Assembly: GCA_964597895.1 (NCBI GenBank)
Contig: CAZQZS010000002.1
Span: 68,019 to 132,018, forward strand
Length of the DNA: 64,000 bases
Origin: an uncultured Candidatus Saccharibacteria bacterium
GTDB taxonomy: Bacteria; Patescibacteriota; Doudnabacteria; UBA920
Direction of reading: 5' to 3'
The notes under the pieces were generated by a model. It was given only the letters and a program-made list of their open reading frames with translations, was not told where the DNA came from and made no database searches. The position numbers and the translations under genes were made by a program. Position 1 is the first letter of the stretch; every line of letters begins with the position of its first letter. Below, piece by piece: positions 10,099 through 19,531 of this stretch.

Positions 10099-11280
10099 AT
10101 GACAAACGGTCTATTCCCGGACATATTACAGAGTTTGCAAACAGCTTGGTTCATAATAAGTCACGGTGGGTGGATCGTTTTTGTTTTGCTTGGAATATGG
10201 ATTCTTTACAAACTCTATCTAGAAGAAATTCAAGGTCAGTATTTGGGTAGTATTGATTACACTCTTTTGGAGATTAAACCACCAAAAGAAAATCCAACAA
10301 CATTTTACCAAGCTGAACAGGTTTTTATTCAACTTCACCAGTTGTTTGATAACTTTACTTTTCAGGAAAAATATTTAGAAGGCAAATTAGTGTTTCGTAT
10401 TTCTTTGGAAATTATCAGCTTGGGAGGACGTATTTCTTATTTAGTTAGAATCCCTACCAAACAACGCGACTTGGTGGAAGCGGCGCTATATGCCAATTAT
10501 CCGAGTTTAGAAATTACCGAAGTCAGAGATTATTTAGAAAATTTTGACTATCGTCCGGACGATCCAAAATACGATATGTTTGGTGCAGAATTTGTGCTAG
10601 TCAAAAATCAATCTTATCCGATCCGTACTTACCGGGAGTTTGAGGGTTTGACTGCTCCTGAGCTTAGCAATATCACCGTAGACCCACTTTCTCCGTTGCT
10701 GGAAACTTTTACAAAAATTAGTGACCAAGAATTTTATGGCCTGCAATACATATTAGAACCAGTTATGGATGATTCTTGGCACGATGATGCTGAGAAAGAA
10801 ATTGAAGGTATTAAGGGCGAGCGTGATATGATGCAGTTAGATGAAGTAGAAAAGTCGGATATTACAGCCATCAAAACGAAGCTTGCCAGACCAGGATACA
10901 AGACTAAGATTCGTTTTCTTCATATTGGGACAGCAGAGAAATTCAACTCAGATCATAAAAAATTAGTACTCAGTCCATTTAGAATTTTTAGCTCACCAAC
11001 GAGCAATGGTTTCAAGCCTGCCTTTGGGCCGAAAAAAGACTACCGCATTTCTAAAACCTTGGAAGCAGCTTACATTGACTGGTGGGTTAAGCGGCGTAAA
11101 GCTGCATTATTTGAAGGCTATAAAAAGCGCAGCAACTGGATTGGAGAAAAGACTTATATCCTCAATACCGAAGAACTCGCCACTATTTTTCACTTCCCAA
11201 TTACTGTTACAGGAATTTCTCAGCCAGTGGAAGCTCTTGATTCAAAGAAAATTTCACCGCCAGCTAATTTACCTATCTAA
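10099..11280 (+). CDS. hypothetical membrane-anchored protein with one N-terminal TM; partner of the downstream coupling-protein-like ATPase
   Basis: 393 aa. TM segment WFIISHGGWIVFVLLGIWILYKL. Its stop overlaps the next ATG by 1 nt (TAATG). Confidence 0.6.
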   Translation: MTNGLFPDILQSLQTAWFIISHGGWIVFVLLGIWILYKLYLEEIQGQYLGSIDYTLLEIKPPKENPTTFYQAEQVFIQLHQLFDNFTFQEKYLEGKLVFRISLEIISLGGRISYLVRIPTKQRDLVEAALYANYPSLEITEVRDYLENFDYRPDDPKYDMFGAEFVLVKNQSYPIRTYREFEGLTAPELSNITVDPLSPLLETFTKISDQEFYGLQYILEPVMDDSWHDDAEKEIEGIKGERDMMQLDEVEKSDITAIKTKLARPGYKTKIRFLHIGTAEKFNSDHKKLVLSPFRIFSSPTSNGFKPAFGPKKDYRISKTLEAAYIDWWVKRRKAALFEGYKKRSNWIGEKTYILNTEELATIFHFPITVTGISQPVEALDSKKISPPANLPI

Positions 11281-13028
11281 TGCCAGAGAAAGAAATAATC
11301 AATTTTTTTGCCAAAACTAACTTCCGCAACCAGCAAGTTCCGTTTGGTATAAAACCAGATGACCGCCGCCGCCACATGTATGTGATCGGTAAGACTGGTA
11401 TGGGTAAAACGACCATGATGGAAAACATGGTTATTCAAGATATCCGCAACGGCAACGGCGTTTGCTTTATTGATCCCCATGGCGATTCCACCAGGAAGAT
11501 CTTGGATTTCATACCGCCTAGCCGAGTGAACGATGTTGTCTATTTTGATCCATCTGACTTAGACCACCCTATTGCCTTTAACATTCTGGAATCAGTTGAA
11601 AGTCGCTACAAGCACTTAGTTGCTTCGGGTTTGATGGGCGTATTCACAAAAATTTGGGCAAGCATGTGGTCCAGCCGTATGGAATACATTCTAAATAACA
11701 CGATTCTAGCCTTATTGGACAGTCCAGGTAACACCATGCTGGGGATTGTGCGTATGTATGTGGACAAAAAATATCGCAAGCGAATAGTAGACAACATCAA
11801 AGATCCTATGGTTAAAGCTTTTTGGGTAGAAGAGTTTGCTAACTACGCAGAAAAGTACCGTACCGAAGCAGTGGCTCCGATCCAAAACAAAGTTGGACAA
11901 TTCTTATCCTCTGCTGTCATAAGAAATATTGTCGGGCAACCAAAGTCTACGATTGATTTGCGCGACATTATGGATAATAATAAAATTTTGCTGCTGGATT
12001 TATCTAAAGGTAAGGTAGGGGAAGATAACTCAGCTTTGCTTGGCGCCATGATTGTTACCAAACTCCAACTTGCCGCACTTTCCCGTGTAGATATTCCCGA
12101 GCATGAGCGCAAAGATTTTTATCTATATGTTGATGAGTTTCAAAATTTCGTGACAGATAGTTTCGCAACGATATTATCAGAAGCCAGAAAGTATCGTTTA
12201 AACCTCACCGTCGGTCATCAGTATATTGGCCAGCTAACACCGGAAGGGAACCCTAAGGTGCGAGATGCCGTGTTTGGTAACGTTGGTACCATGGTCGTCT
12301 TTCGTGTTGGCGCTGCTGATGCGGAGTATTTGGAAACCGAATTTGCTCCAACTTTTACACCCAATGATATTGTGAATCTACCGAAATACCATATTATTCT
12401 TAGATTGATGATTAACGGCGTGGCAAGCGATCCTTTTACAGCAGTTACGATGCCAGTGAATGAGGACTGGAGAGTTGGGGATGCTGATAAGGTTATTAAG
12501 GTTTCCAGAGAGCGGTATGCTAAGCCAAGAGAGCAGGTAGAGGATAAAATCCAACGTTGGATGGGTGCTGACTTTCATGGAGCAACTGCAGATTCACACA
12601 GCAACGAACAAGCTCAATCAGAAATCGTAGAAAACATAGAAGACTCTGCTCCTGTTGAAAAACCAGTTTTAGAGCCAGCCTCTGTAAAACCAGCCATCCA
12701 AATCTCATCTGAATTGCTAGAAAGGGCAAAGAGAACGCCTCAAGAAAGCAAACCTGCTTCCCAGCAAAGCAAGTCCTTTAATACTAAGCCTAAGCCTAAC
12801 TCAGCCAAGAACAACAAATCAGCTTCACGGAGTAATCAGGCTTGGCAGTCAGCGCAAAAAATCCAAGAAAAAAAGAATACTTCTCTCGCGGAAACTCTGG
12901 CTAATACCATTGAATCAGCTTTTTCTCAGAATGAAGCGACTATTGCGCCGAAATCGGAAAACAAACCTGTGGAGCAAAATAAAAAATCTCCCCAGTCATT
13001 GCAACCCGGACAGACTTATGAATTATAA
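11280..13028 (+). CDS. FtsK/HerA-superfamily P-loop ATPase resembling the cytoplasmic domain of type IV coupling proteins (TraD/VirD4/TrwB-like). No TM segments; ~150-aa low-complexity C-terminal tail.
   Basis: Walker A YVIGKTGMGKTT, followed by the coupling-protein-like IDPHGD motif (TrwB has VDPNGD). Walker B FYLYVDEFQNF. Tail is Lys/Ser/Gln/Pro-rich (KPKPNSAKNNKSASRSNQ...). Confidence 0.65.
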   Translation: MPEKEIINFFAKTNFRNQQVPFGIKPDDRRRHMYVIGKTGMGKTTMMENMVIQDIRNGNGVCFIDPHGDSTRKILDFIPPSRVNDVVYFDPSDLDHPIAFNILESVESRYKHLVASGLMGVFTKIWASMWSSRMEYILNNTILALLDSPGNTMLGIVRMYVDKKYRKRIVDNIKDPMVKAFWVEEFANYAEKYRTEAVAPIQNKVGQFLSSAVIRNIVGQPKSTIDLRDIMDNNKILLLDLSKGKVGEDNSALLGAMIVTKLQLAALSRVDIPEHERKDFYLYVDEFQNFVTDSFATILSEARKYRLNLTVGHQYIGQLTPEGNPKVRDAVFGNVGTMVVFRVGAADAEYLETEFAPTFTPNDIVNLPKYHIILRLMINGVASDPFTAVTMPVNEDWRVGDADKVIKVSRERYAKPREQVEDKIQRWMGADFHGATADSHSNEQAQSEIVENIEDSAPVEKPVLEPASVKPAIQISSELLERAKRTPQESKPASQQSKSFNTKPKPNSAKNNKSASRSNQAWQSAQKIQEKKNTSLAETLANTIESAFSQNEATIAPKSENKPVEQNKKSPQSLQPGQTYEL

Positions 13029-13059
13029 AACACCCCAGATATCCTAGGGTGTTTTTTTA
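13029..13059. terminator. bidirectional hairpin terminator between the ATPase gene (+) and trxA (-)
   Basis: ACACCC...GGGTGT stem flanked by an A-run on one side and a T-run on the other. Confidence 0.55.
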
Positions 13060-13380
13060 TTAAACGTGCTTGGCGATCTCTGCTTCTATAGCCGGTTTTG
13101 GTGCCGCACCAACAATTTCACCAACAATTTCACCGTTCTTAAAGAATTTCATTGTCGGAATGCTCATTATACCGTACTGCTGAGTTAGTTCAGGTTCTTC
13201 ATCCACGTTGACTTTTGCAACTATCAATTTTCCTTCATTTTGCGCCGCTAATTCGGCTAGAATCGGGCCGATTACCTTGCATGGCCCGCACCATTCTGCC
13301 CAAAAATCAACTAGCACAGGAAGCTCTGATTTAAGCACCTTTTCCTCAAAAGTATCTTTTGTAATTTTTAATTCGCTCAT
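13060..13380 (-). CDS. trxA: thioredoxin
   Basis: 106 aa. WCGPCK active site. Typical thioredoxin length and layout. Confidence 0.93.
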   Translation of the reverse strand: MSELKITKDTFEEKVLKSELPVLVDFWAEWCGPCKVIGPILAELAAQNEGKLIVAKVNVDEEPELTQQYGIMSIPTMKFFKNGEIVGEIVGAAPKPAIEAEIAKHV

Positions 13381-13428
13381 TATAGTAGGTTAATAATTAC
13401 TTGTTTATCTTATCGTAGGGGTCCTGCG

Positions 13429-14385
13429 GTGTCAACGAAAGTTGCAGGTTTGACAGCTACAGATTATCATATAGATATGAATAAACAGGTGGGTCGTTCA
13501 GGCGCTATTTTTGCTGGATTATTACTGCCAATATTAGGCAGTCTTTTATTGACCGAGCCAGCTTTTGCCCCCACTAAAGAGATCAGAATCCTGGGTGCCA
13601 ACATTACTGAACAGCAACAAATGGCTAATCTAATCAGCTACGATTTATCGCCAGCCGAAGCCAATGGTGTTGAAGCAGCGAGCTATCTAGTGGAAGATTA
13701 TAGTAACAAGCAGATTCTAACAGGCAAACATATTGACAATTCATTACCTATTGCCAGTTTAACCAAATTAATGACCGTCTGGACAGTCTTAGAGCATGCT
13801 GAGACTACAGAGATAGTAACCATATCAGATACCGACTTAATACAGGTTAGCCCAAGCTTAGGCCTGATTCCAGGCGATCAAGTCTTAGTGAAAGATTTGC
13901 TTGAAGCAGTGTTAATTGGGTCAGCTAATGACGCCTCTAACGTTTTAGGTGGTTACATAAGCAGGAAAGTAGAGTTACCTTTTGGTGAACTCATGAACCA
14001 GGAAGCTGTTGAACTTGGCATGAAGAATTCTCGGTTCAGCAATCCGATTGGCTTTGACAGTGTCGTCAATTATTCATCTGCAAGAGATTTGGCAATTTTG
14101 GTTCACAGGCTAGACGAAAGAGGGTTGTTTGCCCAATCAGCCAAAGCAACTAAATATGAGTTTACTAGCAAGCTCGGCAATCAATACTCAATCATTGCCA
14201 CTAACAAATTAACCAACCTTTACCCTGACCTCCAGGCAGTTAAAACTGGTTATACCAATTTAGCCTTGGGGGCCATGATTAACTTTCTTGAGACCCCAAA
14301 AGGAAAATTATTACTTATTGTAATAGGTAGCCCAGATCGGGAAAACGATACTCTGCGGTTACGAAAGCAATACTTAGAACGTTAA
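13429..14385 (+). CDS. serine-type D-Ala-D-Ala carboxypeptidase (PBP5/DacA-like, S11 family)
   Basis: SxxK active-site motif in ASLTKLMT. N-terminal signal/anchor sequence. GTG start at 13429; an alternative ATG is at 13477. Confidence 0.75.
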   Translation: MSTKVAGLTATDYHIDMNKQVGRSGAIFAGLLLPILGSLLLTEPAFAPTKEIRILGANITEQQQMANLISYDLSPAEANGVEAASYLVEDYSNKQILTGKHIDNSLPIASLTKLMTVWTVLEHAETTEIVTISDTDLIQVSPSLGLIPGDQVLVKDLLEAVLIGSANDASNVLGGYISRKVELPFGELMNQEAVELGMKNSRFSNPIGFDSVVNYSSARDLAILVHRLDERGLFAQSAKATKYEFTSKLGNQYSIIATNKLTNLYPDLQAVKTGYTNLALGAMINFLETPKGKLLLIVIGSPDRENDTLRLRKQYLER

Positions 14386-14440
14386 TTATTATAACCAAGC
14401 GGCCTCACGAGGTCGCTTTAAATATGGTATAATTATACTG

Positions 14441-15481
14441 ATGATTACTGAATCACTAATCAAAATTTTTAGCTTAACTATGGTGAGTTTTTTGTTTGCC
14501 ATAGCTATAACACCTCTAGTCACAAAATATCTGTATAAATATCGGCTAGGTAAGCAAATTCGCAACGATGGCACGACTCCTGTGTACAGCAACATGCATA
14601 ATGCCAAAGCTGGGACACCGACCATGGGAGGAATAATTGTATGGGGAACCACTACAATCTTGGCGGTAGCGTTTTGGAGCCTAGACAGAGTTTTTGGTCT
14701 GGAACAATTTCATATCTTTAATTATCTGACTAGAAAAGAGACATTGCTTCCCTTGGGAGCCTTAGTTGGGGCAGCCACAGTTGGTTTAATGGATGATTAT
14801 TTGGATATCCGGCGGCTTGGCCACAAGGGACGGGGATTTAGATTCCGCTTTAAAGTTTTGCTGTACACGGCCGTAGCCTTGATTGGAGCTTGGTGGTTTT
14901 ATGTAAAGTTAGGTTTTGATTTTGTACATATACCGTTCTATGGAGACGTCACCTTGGGCATCTGGTTTATCCCATTTTTTTTACTGGTCACAGTTGGAAC
15001 CAGTTTCGCAGTAAACCAAACTGATGGGCTTGATGGTTTAGCTGGTGGAGTACTCCTGGTAGCCTTTATTTGCTATGCAGTGATTTCTTTTATGCAGGGT
15101 AGAGAAGACCTAGCTGTAATGCTCGGCGTGGTATCGGGAGCTTTGTTGGCCTTTCTTTGGTTTAATGTCTATCCAGCTAGATTTTTTATGGGTGATACAG
15201 GATCAATGGGTCTAGGGGTGTTGCTGGCAATTGTTGCATTCCTAACCAACAGCGTTTTACTACTACCTTTAATTGGCCTAATTTTTGTGATTGAGGCGTT
15301 AAGTTACTTTATCCAAATTTTCTGGAAACATGTTTTTGGTAAGAAATTTTTTATCTCTGCGCCCATTCATCACCACCTAGAAGCGAGCGGCTGGCCTGAA
15401 GCAAAAATTACCATGCGCTTCTGGATACTTTCTGCAATCGCCGGGATTATGTCCATCATCATTTTCTTTCTTGACAGATAG
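14441..15481 (+). CDS. mraY: phospho-N-acetylmuramoyl-pentapeptide transferase
   Basis: 346 aa polytopic membrane protein with the signature NQTDGLDGLAGG and a DD motif. Confidence 0.95.
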   Translation: MITESLIKIFSLTMVSFLFAIAITPLVTKYLYKYRLGKQIRNDGTTPVYSNMHNAKAGTPTMGGIIVWGTTTILAVAFWSLDRVFGLEQFHIFNYLTRKETLLPLGALVGAATVGLMDDYLDIRRLGHKGRGFRFRFKVLLYTAVALIGAWWFYVKLGFDFVHIPFYGDVTLGIWFIPFFLLVTVGTSFAVNQTDGLDGLAGGVLLVAFICYAVISFMQGREDLAVMLGVVSGALLAFLWFNVYPARFFMGDTGSMGLGVLLAIVAFLTNSVLLLPLIGLIFVIEALSYFIQIFWKHVFGKKFFISAPIHHHLEASGWPEAKITMRFWILSAIAGIMSIIIFFLDR

Positions 15482-17044
15482 ATGTACCAACTAATAATAC
15501 AAAAAGCCTTAGTCGTTGACGGCACGGGAGAAAAGGCCTTTACGGCAGACGTTGCTGTTGAAAATGATCGTATCGTTGCTGTACAGCCTAACATCCAAGC
15601 TTCGGCCAAGCAGACCATTAATGCCGCTGGGCAAATTCTGACCCCTGGATTTATTGATACTCAAAATCATAGCGACTCTTACTGGCAGCTGTTTTCCAAT
15701 CCTACCTTGGAGAGCGTCCTCACTCAGGGATTCACCACGCTACTGGTCGGCAATTCCGGTGCCAGTCTGGCCCCGCTAATCTCTGAAGACAGTTTGCGAT
15801 CGGTCCAAAAATGGCAGCCAACTTCGGGCTTGAATGTTAACTGGCGAAGTTTTGGCGAATATCGAACACAGTTAGCCAATATGAACTTTGGGTCTAACAT
15901 TATCAGTCTGGTAGGTTACTCAACGATTCGCCGAGGCTTACTTGGGGACAGCACTAACCCGCCGTCAAAATCTGAGCTTCAAAGCTTACTAGGACTTTTG
16001 GAACAAAGTTTCGGTGAAGGCGCGGCCGGTGTGTCTATTGGCCTGCAGTACTCCCATGAAATTAATGTTACAGATGTAGAATTAGTGGCTTTGGCCGAGC
16101 TCGCAGCCAGACATGATAAATTATTAGCTGTATCTCTTCGCAACGAGTCAGAGCAGGTAGTTGAAAGCGCTAGAGAACTAGCCGCTTTAGCAGAACAAAC
16201 CGGAGCCCGTATTAAAATCTCTCATCTCAAAATCAGGCATCGCGCCTATTGGCCACTACTGACGCAACTTTTAGACACACTAGAAACAGCTTGGCACCGT
16301 GGTGCGAAGATTTACTTTGACTGCTACCCTTATACGGAAACTTGGCAGCCATTATATACATACTTACCAACGTGGGCGACAGAAGGGGGCAGGCAACAAC
16401 TGTTAGGCCGCCTTCAAAATGACTCTGAGCGCAAGCGGATACTTTCAGCCCTACAAAATCATCCAACTAATTTGAGTGAAATTACTGTAGCATCTAGTGG
16501 TCCTGGTATGAAAGTCAATGGACGAAAAATGAGTGAACTCGCTAAAACCATGGGACTAACCAGCGAGGAGACCATTCTCAACCTGATTGAGCATGGCGGC
16601 AGTGCCACCCTGGTTTTTGATAATTGCTTGGACCAGGGAACTGTCAACTTGCTCTGCAACCACGCACTGTCTTTTCTGGGCACTAATGGAGGAGGATTTT
16701 CCCTCCAGCACAGCGATAGATTAGTTCATCCGAGATGCTTCGGCAGCTCGGCGAAATTTTTACGGCAAGTCTTGGATACCAAAGCAATCTCTCTTGAGGA
16801 GGCGATTGCGAAAATGACTAGCCGCCCTGCCAAAGCTCTTAACCTCAATAAGAAAGGTGTAATCGCTACAGGCTATGATGCGGATTTAGTAATCTTTGAT
16901 CCGACCAAAATCAACAGCCAAGCCAGCATTACTAATCCTTATCAGTATTCCCAAGGCATGACAGCAGTGTTGGTCGGCGGTCAGATGGCTGTACAAAATT
17001 CTCAGCCTACAGGATTACTCTCAGGAAAATTTATAGCGTCATGA
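15482..17044 (+). CDS. amidohydrolase-3 family protein, N-acyl-D-amino-acid deacylase (D-aminoacylase)-like
   Basis: 520 aa. N-terminus ALVVDGTGEKAFTADVAVENDRIVAV followed by PGFIDTQNHSD (metal-binding HxH-like region), typical of D-aminoacylase-type amidohydrolases. Confidence 0.72.
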   Translation: MYQLIIQKALVVDGTGEKAFTADVAVENDRIVAVQPNIQASAKQTINAAGQILTPGFIDTQNHSDSYWQLFSNPTLESVLTQGFTTLLVGNSGASLAPLISEDSLRSVQKWQPTSGLNVNWRSFGEYRTQLANMNFGSNIISLVGYSTIRRGLLGDSTNPPSKSELQSLLGLLEQSFGEGAAGVSIGLQYSHEINVTDVELVALAELAARHDKLLAVSLRNESEQVVESARELAALAEQTGARIKISHLKIRHRAYWPLLTQLLDTLETAWHRGAKIYFDCYPYTETWQPLYTYLPTWATEGGRQQLLGRLQNDSERKRILSALQNHPTNLSEITVASSGPGMKVNGRKMSELAKTMGLTSEETILNLIEHGGSATLVFDNCLDQGTVNLLCNHALSFLGTNGGGFSLQHSDRLVHPRCFGSSAKFLRQVLDTKAISLEEAIAKMTSRPAKALNLNKKGVIATGYDADLVIFDPTKINSQASITNPYQYSQGMTAVLVGGQMAVQNSQPTGLLSGKFIAS

Positions 17045-18435
17045 ATATTTCGGATTTAAAAAATAACTCAGTAGGCATTATTGGATTTGGCAAAGAGGGC
17101 CAGGCCGTGCTTAAGTTCCTTACACAAAACGGCGTTTCTGCTACGGTCTTTGACCGTACCCCCAATGAGGAGTTATCCATAGAAGCGCAAAAGCTACTTT
17201 CTGCTGATAGTATCAAGTACTTTGGCGGTGATGACTATCTTTTATCTGCACTCAATTCTTGTAAGGTTTGGTTTAAGAGTCCTGGAGTGCTACTGCCAAA
17301 TGATATTCTGCAAATTTTAAAAAGCAAAGAAATCATCTTAACCAGTCAGACCGCCTGGTTTTTTGAACATTGCCCAGCCACGATTATCGGAATAACTGGG
17401 ACAAAAGGCAAAGGCACGACTTCTTCTTTGATTCATGAGGTGTTGTTAGCAGCAGGCCATCAATCCTTTTTGACTGGCAATATCGGTTTGGAAAGCGCCT
17501 TTGATGTGCTATCTAAAGCTACAGCCAAAGATTTCGTTGTATTTGAGCTGTCCAGTTTTCAGCTTGAGCATTTGCAGCAAAGCCCAGGTGTCGCTGTCTG
17601 TTTAATGGTGACCAACGACCATTATGATTATCACGAAACTCAAGCGGAGTACTGGAATGCGAAAGCAGCTATTGCTAAATTTCAAAATTCATCTGATGTG
17701 TTGTTCTTTAATGGCGATTATGACGGATCAATCAGAATAGGCAATCTTGGCCAGGGAAAAAAGTTCACCATTTCAAAATATAAACAGCATAACCCGCAAA
17801 TCTGTATTGATGAGAGTAATCAGACTATTGCAATTGCGCTAAATGATCAGCGAGTAGTTATAGATGCGAGCCAAAGGAACTTATTAGGCAATCACAATTT
17901 GGAAAATATTGCTGCTGCCTCAGCCGTGGCCGCATATCTTGGAATTAGCCAAAAGACAATAGAAAAAGTGATTACAACCTTCCAAGGACTACCGCACCGT
18001 TTACAGGTTGTTGGTATCCATGATGGCATAACTTTTATTGATGATTCCATCGCCACAAATCCAGACACCACTATCGCCGCAGTTAATTCTATAGACAAGC
18101 CAATTGTCTTGCTTTTAGGAGGAGCGGATAAACAATTGGATTATTCGGAATTAATGACTCACTTGGCTGGTCTGGATAATTTAAAACATATAATTCTGAT
18201 CGGTGAAGTCGGCGCAATTATGAATGATTCGGATATCGCGCCAGAGTTAAAGCAAAAAGTTAGTGGGCCATTTAAGGATTTTAAGTCGGCCATGAATCAG
18301 GTTTTTGAAGTAACGTCACCAGGAGAGACTGTATTGCTCAGCCCGGCAGCAACCTCTTTTGATATGTTTAAGAATTACGCAGAGCGCGGGAACATTTTTA
18401 CCCAATTAATCAGGGAGCATTATGGTAAAAACTAA
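17041..18435 (+). CDS. murD: UDP-N-acetylmuramoylalanine--D-glutamate ligase
   Basis: Mur ligase P-loop GITGTKGKGTT, N-terminal Rossmann GIIGFGKEGQAV, DDSIATNPD. Confidence 0.9.
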   Translation: MNISDLKNNSVGIIGFGKEGQAVLKFLTQNGVSATVFDRTPNEELSIEAQKLLSADSIKYFGGDDYLLSALNSCKVWFKSPGVLLPNDILQILKSKEIILTSQTAWFFEHCPATIIGITGTKGKGTTSSLIHEVLLAAGHQSFLTGNIGLESAFDVLSKATAKDFVVFELSSFQLEHLQQSPGVAVCLMVTNDHYDYHETQAEYWNAKAAIAKFQNSSDVLFFNGDYDGSIRIGNLGQGKKFTISKYKQHNPQICIDESNQTIAIALNDQRVVIDASQRNLLGNHNLENIAAASAVAAYLGISQKTIEKVITTFQGLPHRLQVVGIHDGITFIDDSIATNPDTTIAAVNSIDKPIVLLLGGADKQLDYSELMTHLAGLDNLKHIILIGEVGAIMNDSDIAPELKQKVSGPFKDFKSAMNQVFEVTSPGETVLLSPAATSFDMFKNYAERGNIFTQLIREHYGKN

Positions 18436-19531
18436 CCGCCATGTGGATTACGGACTTTTAATCGTCTCGGGATTACTGCTCGCAGCTGGCTTAGCTGTTC
18501 TTTGGAGCGCGTCAACAGCCGAAGCAAAACAGACATTTGGTGATACAAACTATTATATTATCCATCAACTAACCCGTGGCGTGCTGGTCGGTCTAATTGC
18601 TATGTGGTTTTTCTCAAAATTTGATTACCATAGACTCAAGAAACCTGCTGGCCTAATCGTTATTGGAGGACTACTGGGTTTGCTGGCTCTAAAGATTCCT
18701 GGGCTAGGCTTCACTGCCAATGGGGCAACAAGATGGATTGATTTAGGCCCGGTTTTATTTCAGCCGAGCGAATTTGCCAAGTTAACTTTAATTATTTATC
18801 TGGCTGCTTGGACAAGCAATCATAACCGCAGCGGATCAAACAACTTTTGGACTTCAATCTTTCCTCCTTTGCTATTAGTAGCCTTAATGGCAGGGTTGGT
18901 AGTATTTCAACCAGACTTAGGCACAGCCATCGCGATCACCTCAATATCTGGAACCATGCTGTTTCTGGGAGGGGCTAGGCTAAAGTATCTTTTATGGACC
19001 GGATTGGGCGCGCTCGTACTTACCGGACTGATGATAATTTTTGAACCCTATCGCATGCGCCGGATTACAGCCTTTCTGAATCCAGATGCGGATACTTTAG
19101 GGGTCAGTTACCAGATTAATCAGGCTCTGATTGCCATAGGCAGCGGAGGTCTCTTAGGCTACGGATATGGACTGTCTCGTCAGAAGCATTTCTATTTACC
19201 TGAATCTATTAACGACTCAATCTTTGCTGTTATGGCCGAGGAATTGGGATTTGCCAGGGTTTCAATTATTTTGCTTATGTTTAGCTACTTCGTTTATCGT
19301 GGCATACGAATCGCATTACATGCTCCGGATACCTTTGGTAAAATTTTAGCTGTAGGACTTGTCTCATTATTTGCGATAAGTCTCCTGATTAACATTGGAG
19401 CAATCCTAGGCTTAATCCCTTTAACAGGTATTGCCTTACCTTTATTTAGCTATGGCAGTAGCGCCATGATTGTAAATTTAGCTGCGATAGGTATCTTACT
19501 AAATATCTCCAAACAAACAATTGACGCCTAA
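18422..19531 (+). CDS. ftsW: SEDS-family peptidoglycan glycosyltransferase (FtsW/RodA)
   Basis: 369 aa, ~10 TM segments. Conserved PSEFAKL and LPESINDSIFAVMAEELGF region. Confidence 0.88.
   Translation: MVKTNRHVDYGLLIVSGLLLAAGLAVLWSASTAEAKQTFGDTNYYIIHQLTRGVLVGLIAMWFFSKFDYHRLKKPAGLIVIGGLLGLLALKIPGLGFTANGATRWIDLGPVLFQPSEFAKLTLIIYLAAWTSNHNRSGSNNFWTSIFPPLLLVALMAGLVVFQPDLGTAIAITSISGTMLFLGGARLKYLLWTGLGALVLTGLMIIFEPYRMRRITAFLNPDADTLGVSYQINQALIAIGSGGLLGYGYGLSRQKHFYLPESINDSIFAVMAEELGFARVSIILLMFSYFVYRGIRIALHAPDTFGKILAVGLVSLFAISLLINIGAILGLIPLTGIALPLFSYGSSAMIVNLAAIGILLNISKQTIDA

Noticed and set aside
11006-11320. 104-aa alternative-frame ORF overlapping the end of the 393-aa membrane protein gene
   Set aside because: It is out of frame within a longer ORF and has no start signals. 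The 1-nt TAATG coupling to the ATPase gene explains the junction without it.
17041-17044. UGA recoding (code 25-like) as in some CPR lineages
   Set aside because: TGA cleanly terminates well-conserved genes at natural C-termini (e.g. the amidohydrolase at 17042-17044, overlapping the murD ATG), and an intact RF2 gene is present. The standard code is assumed.
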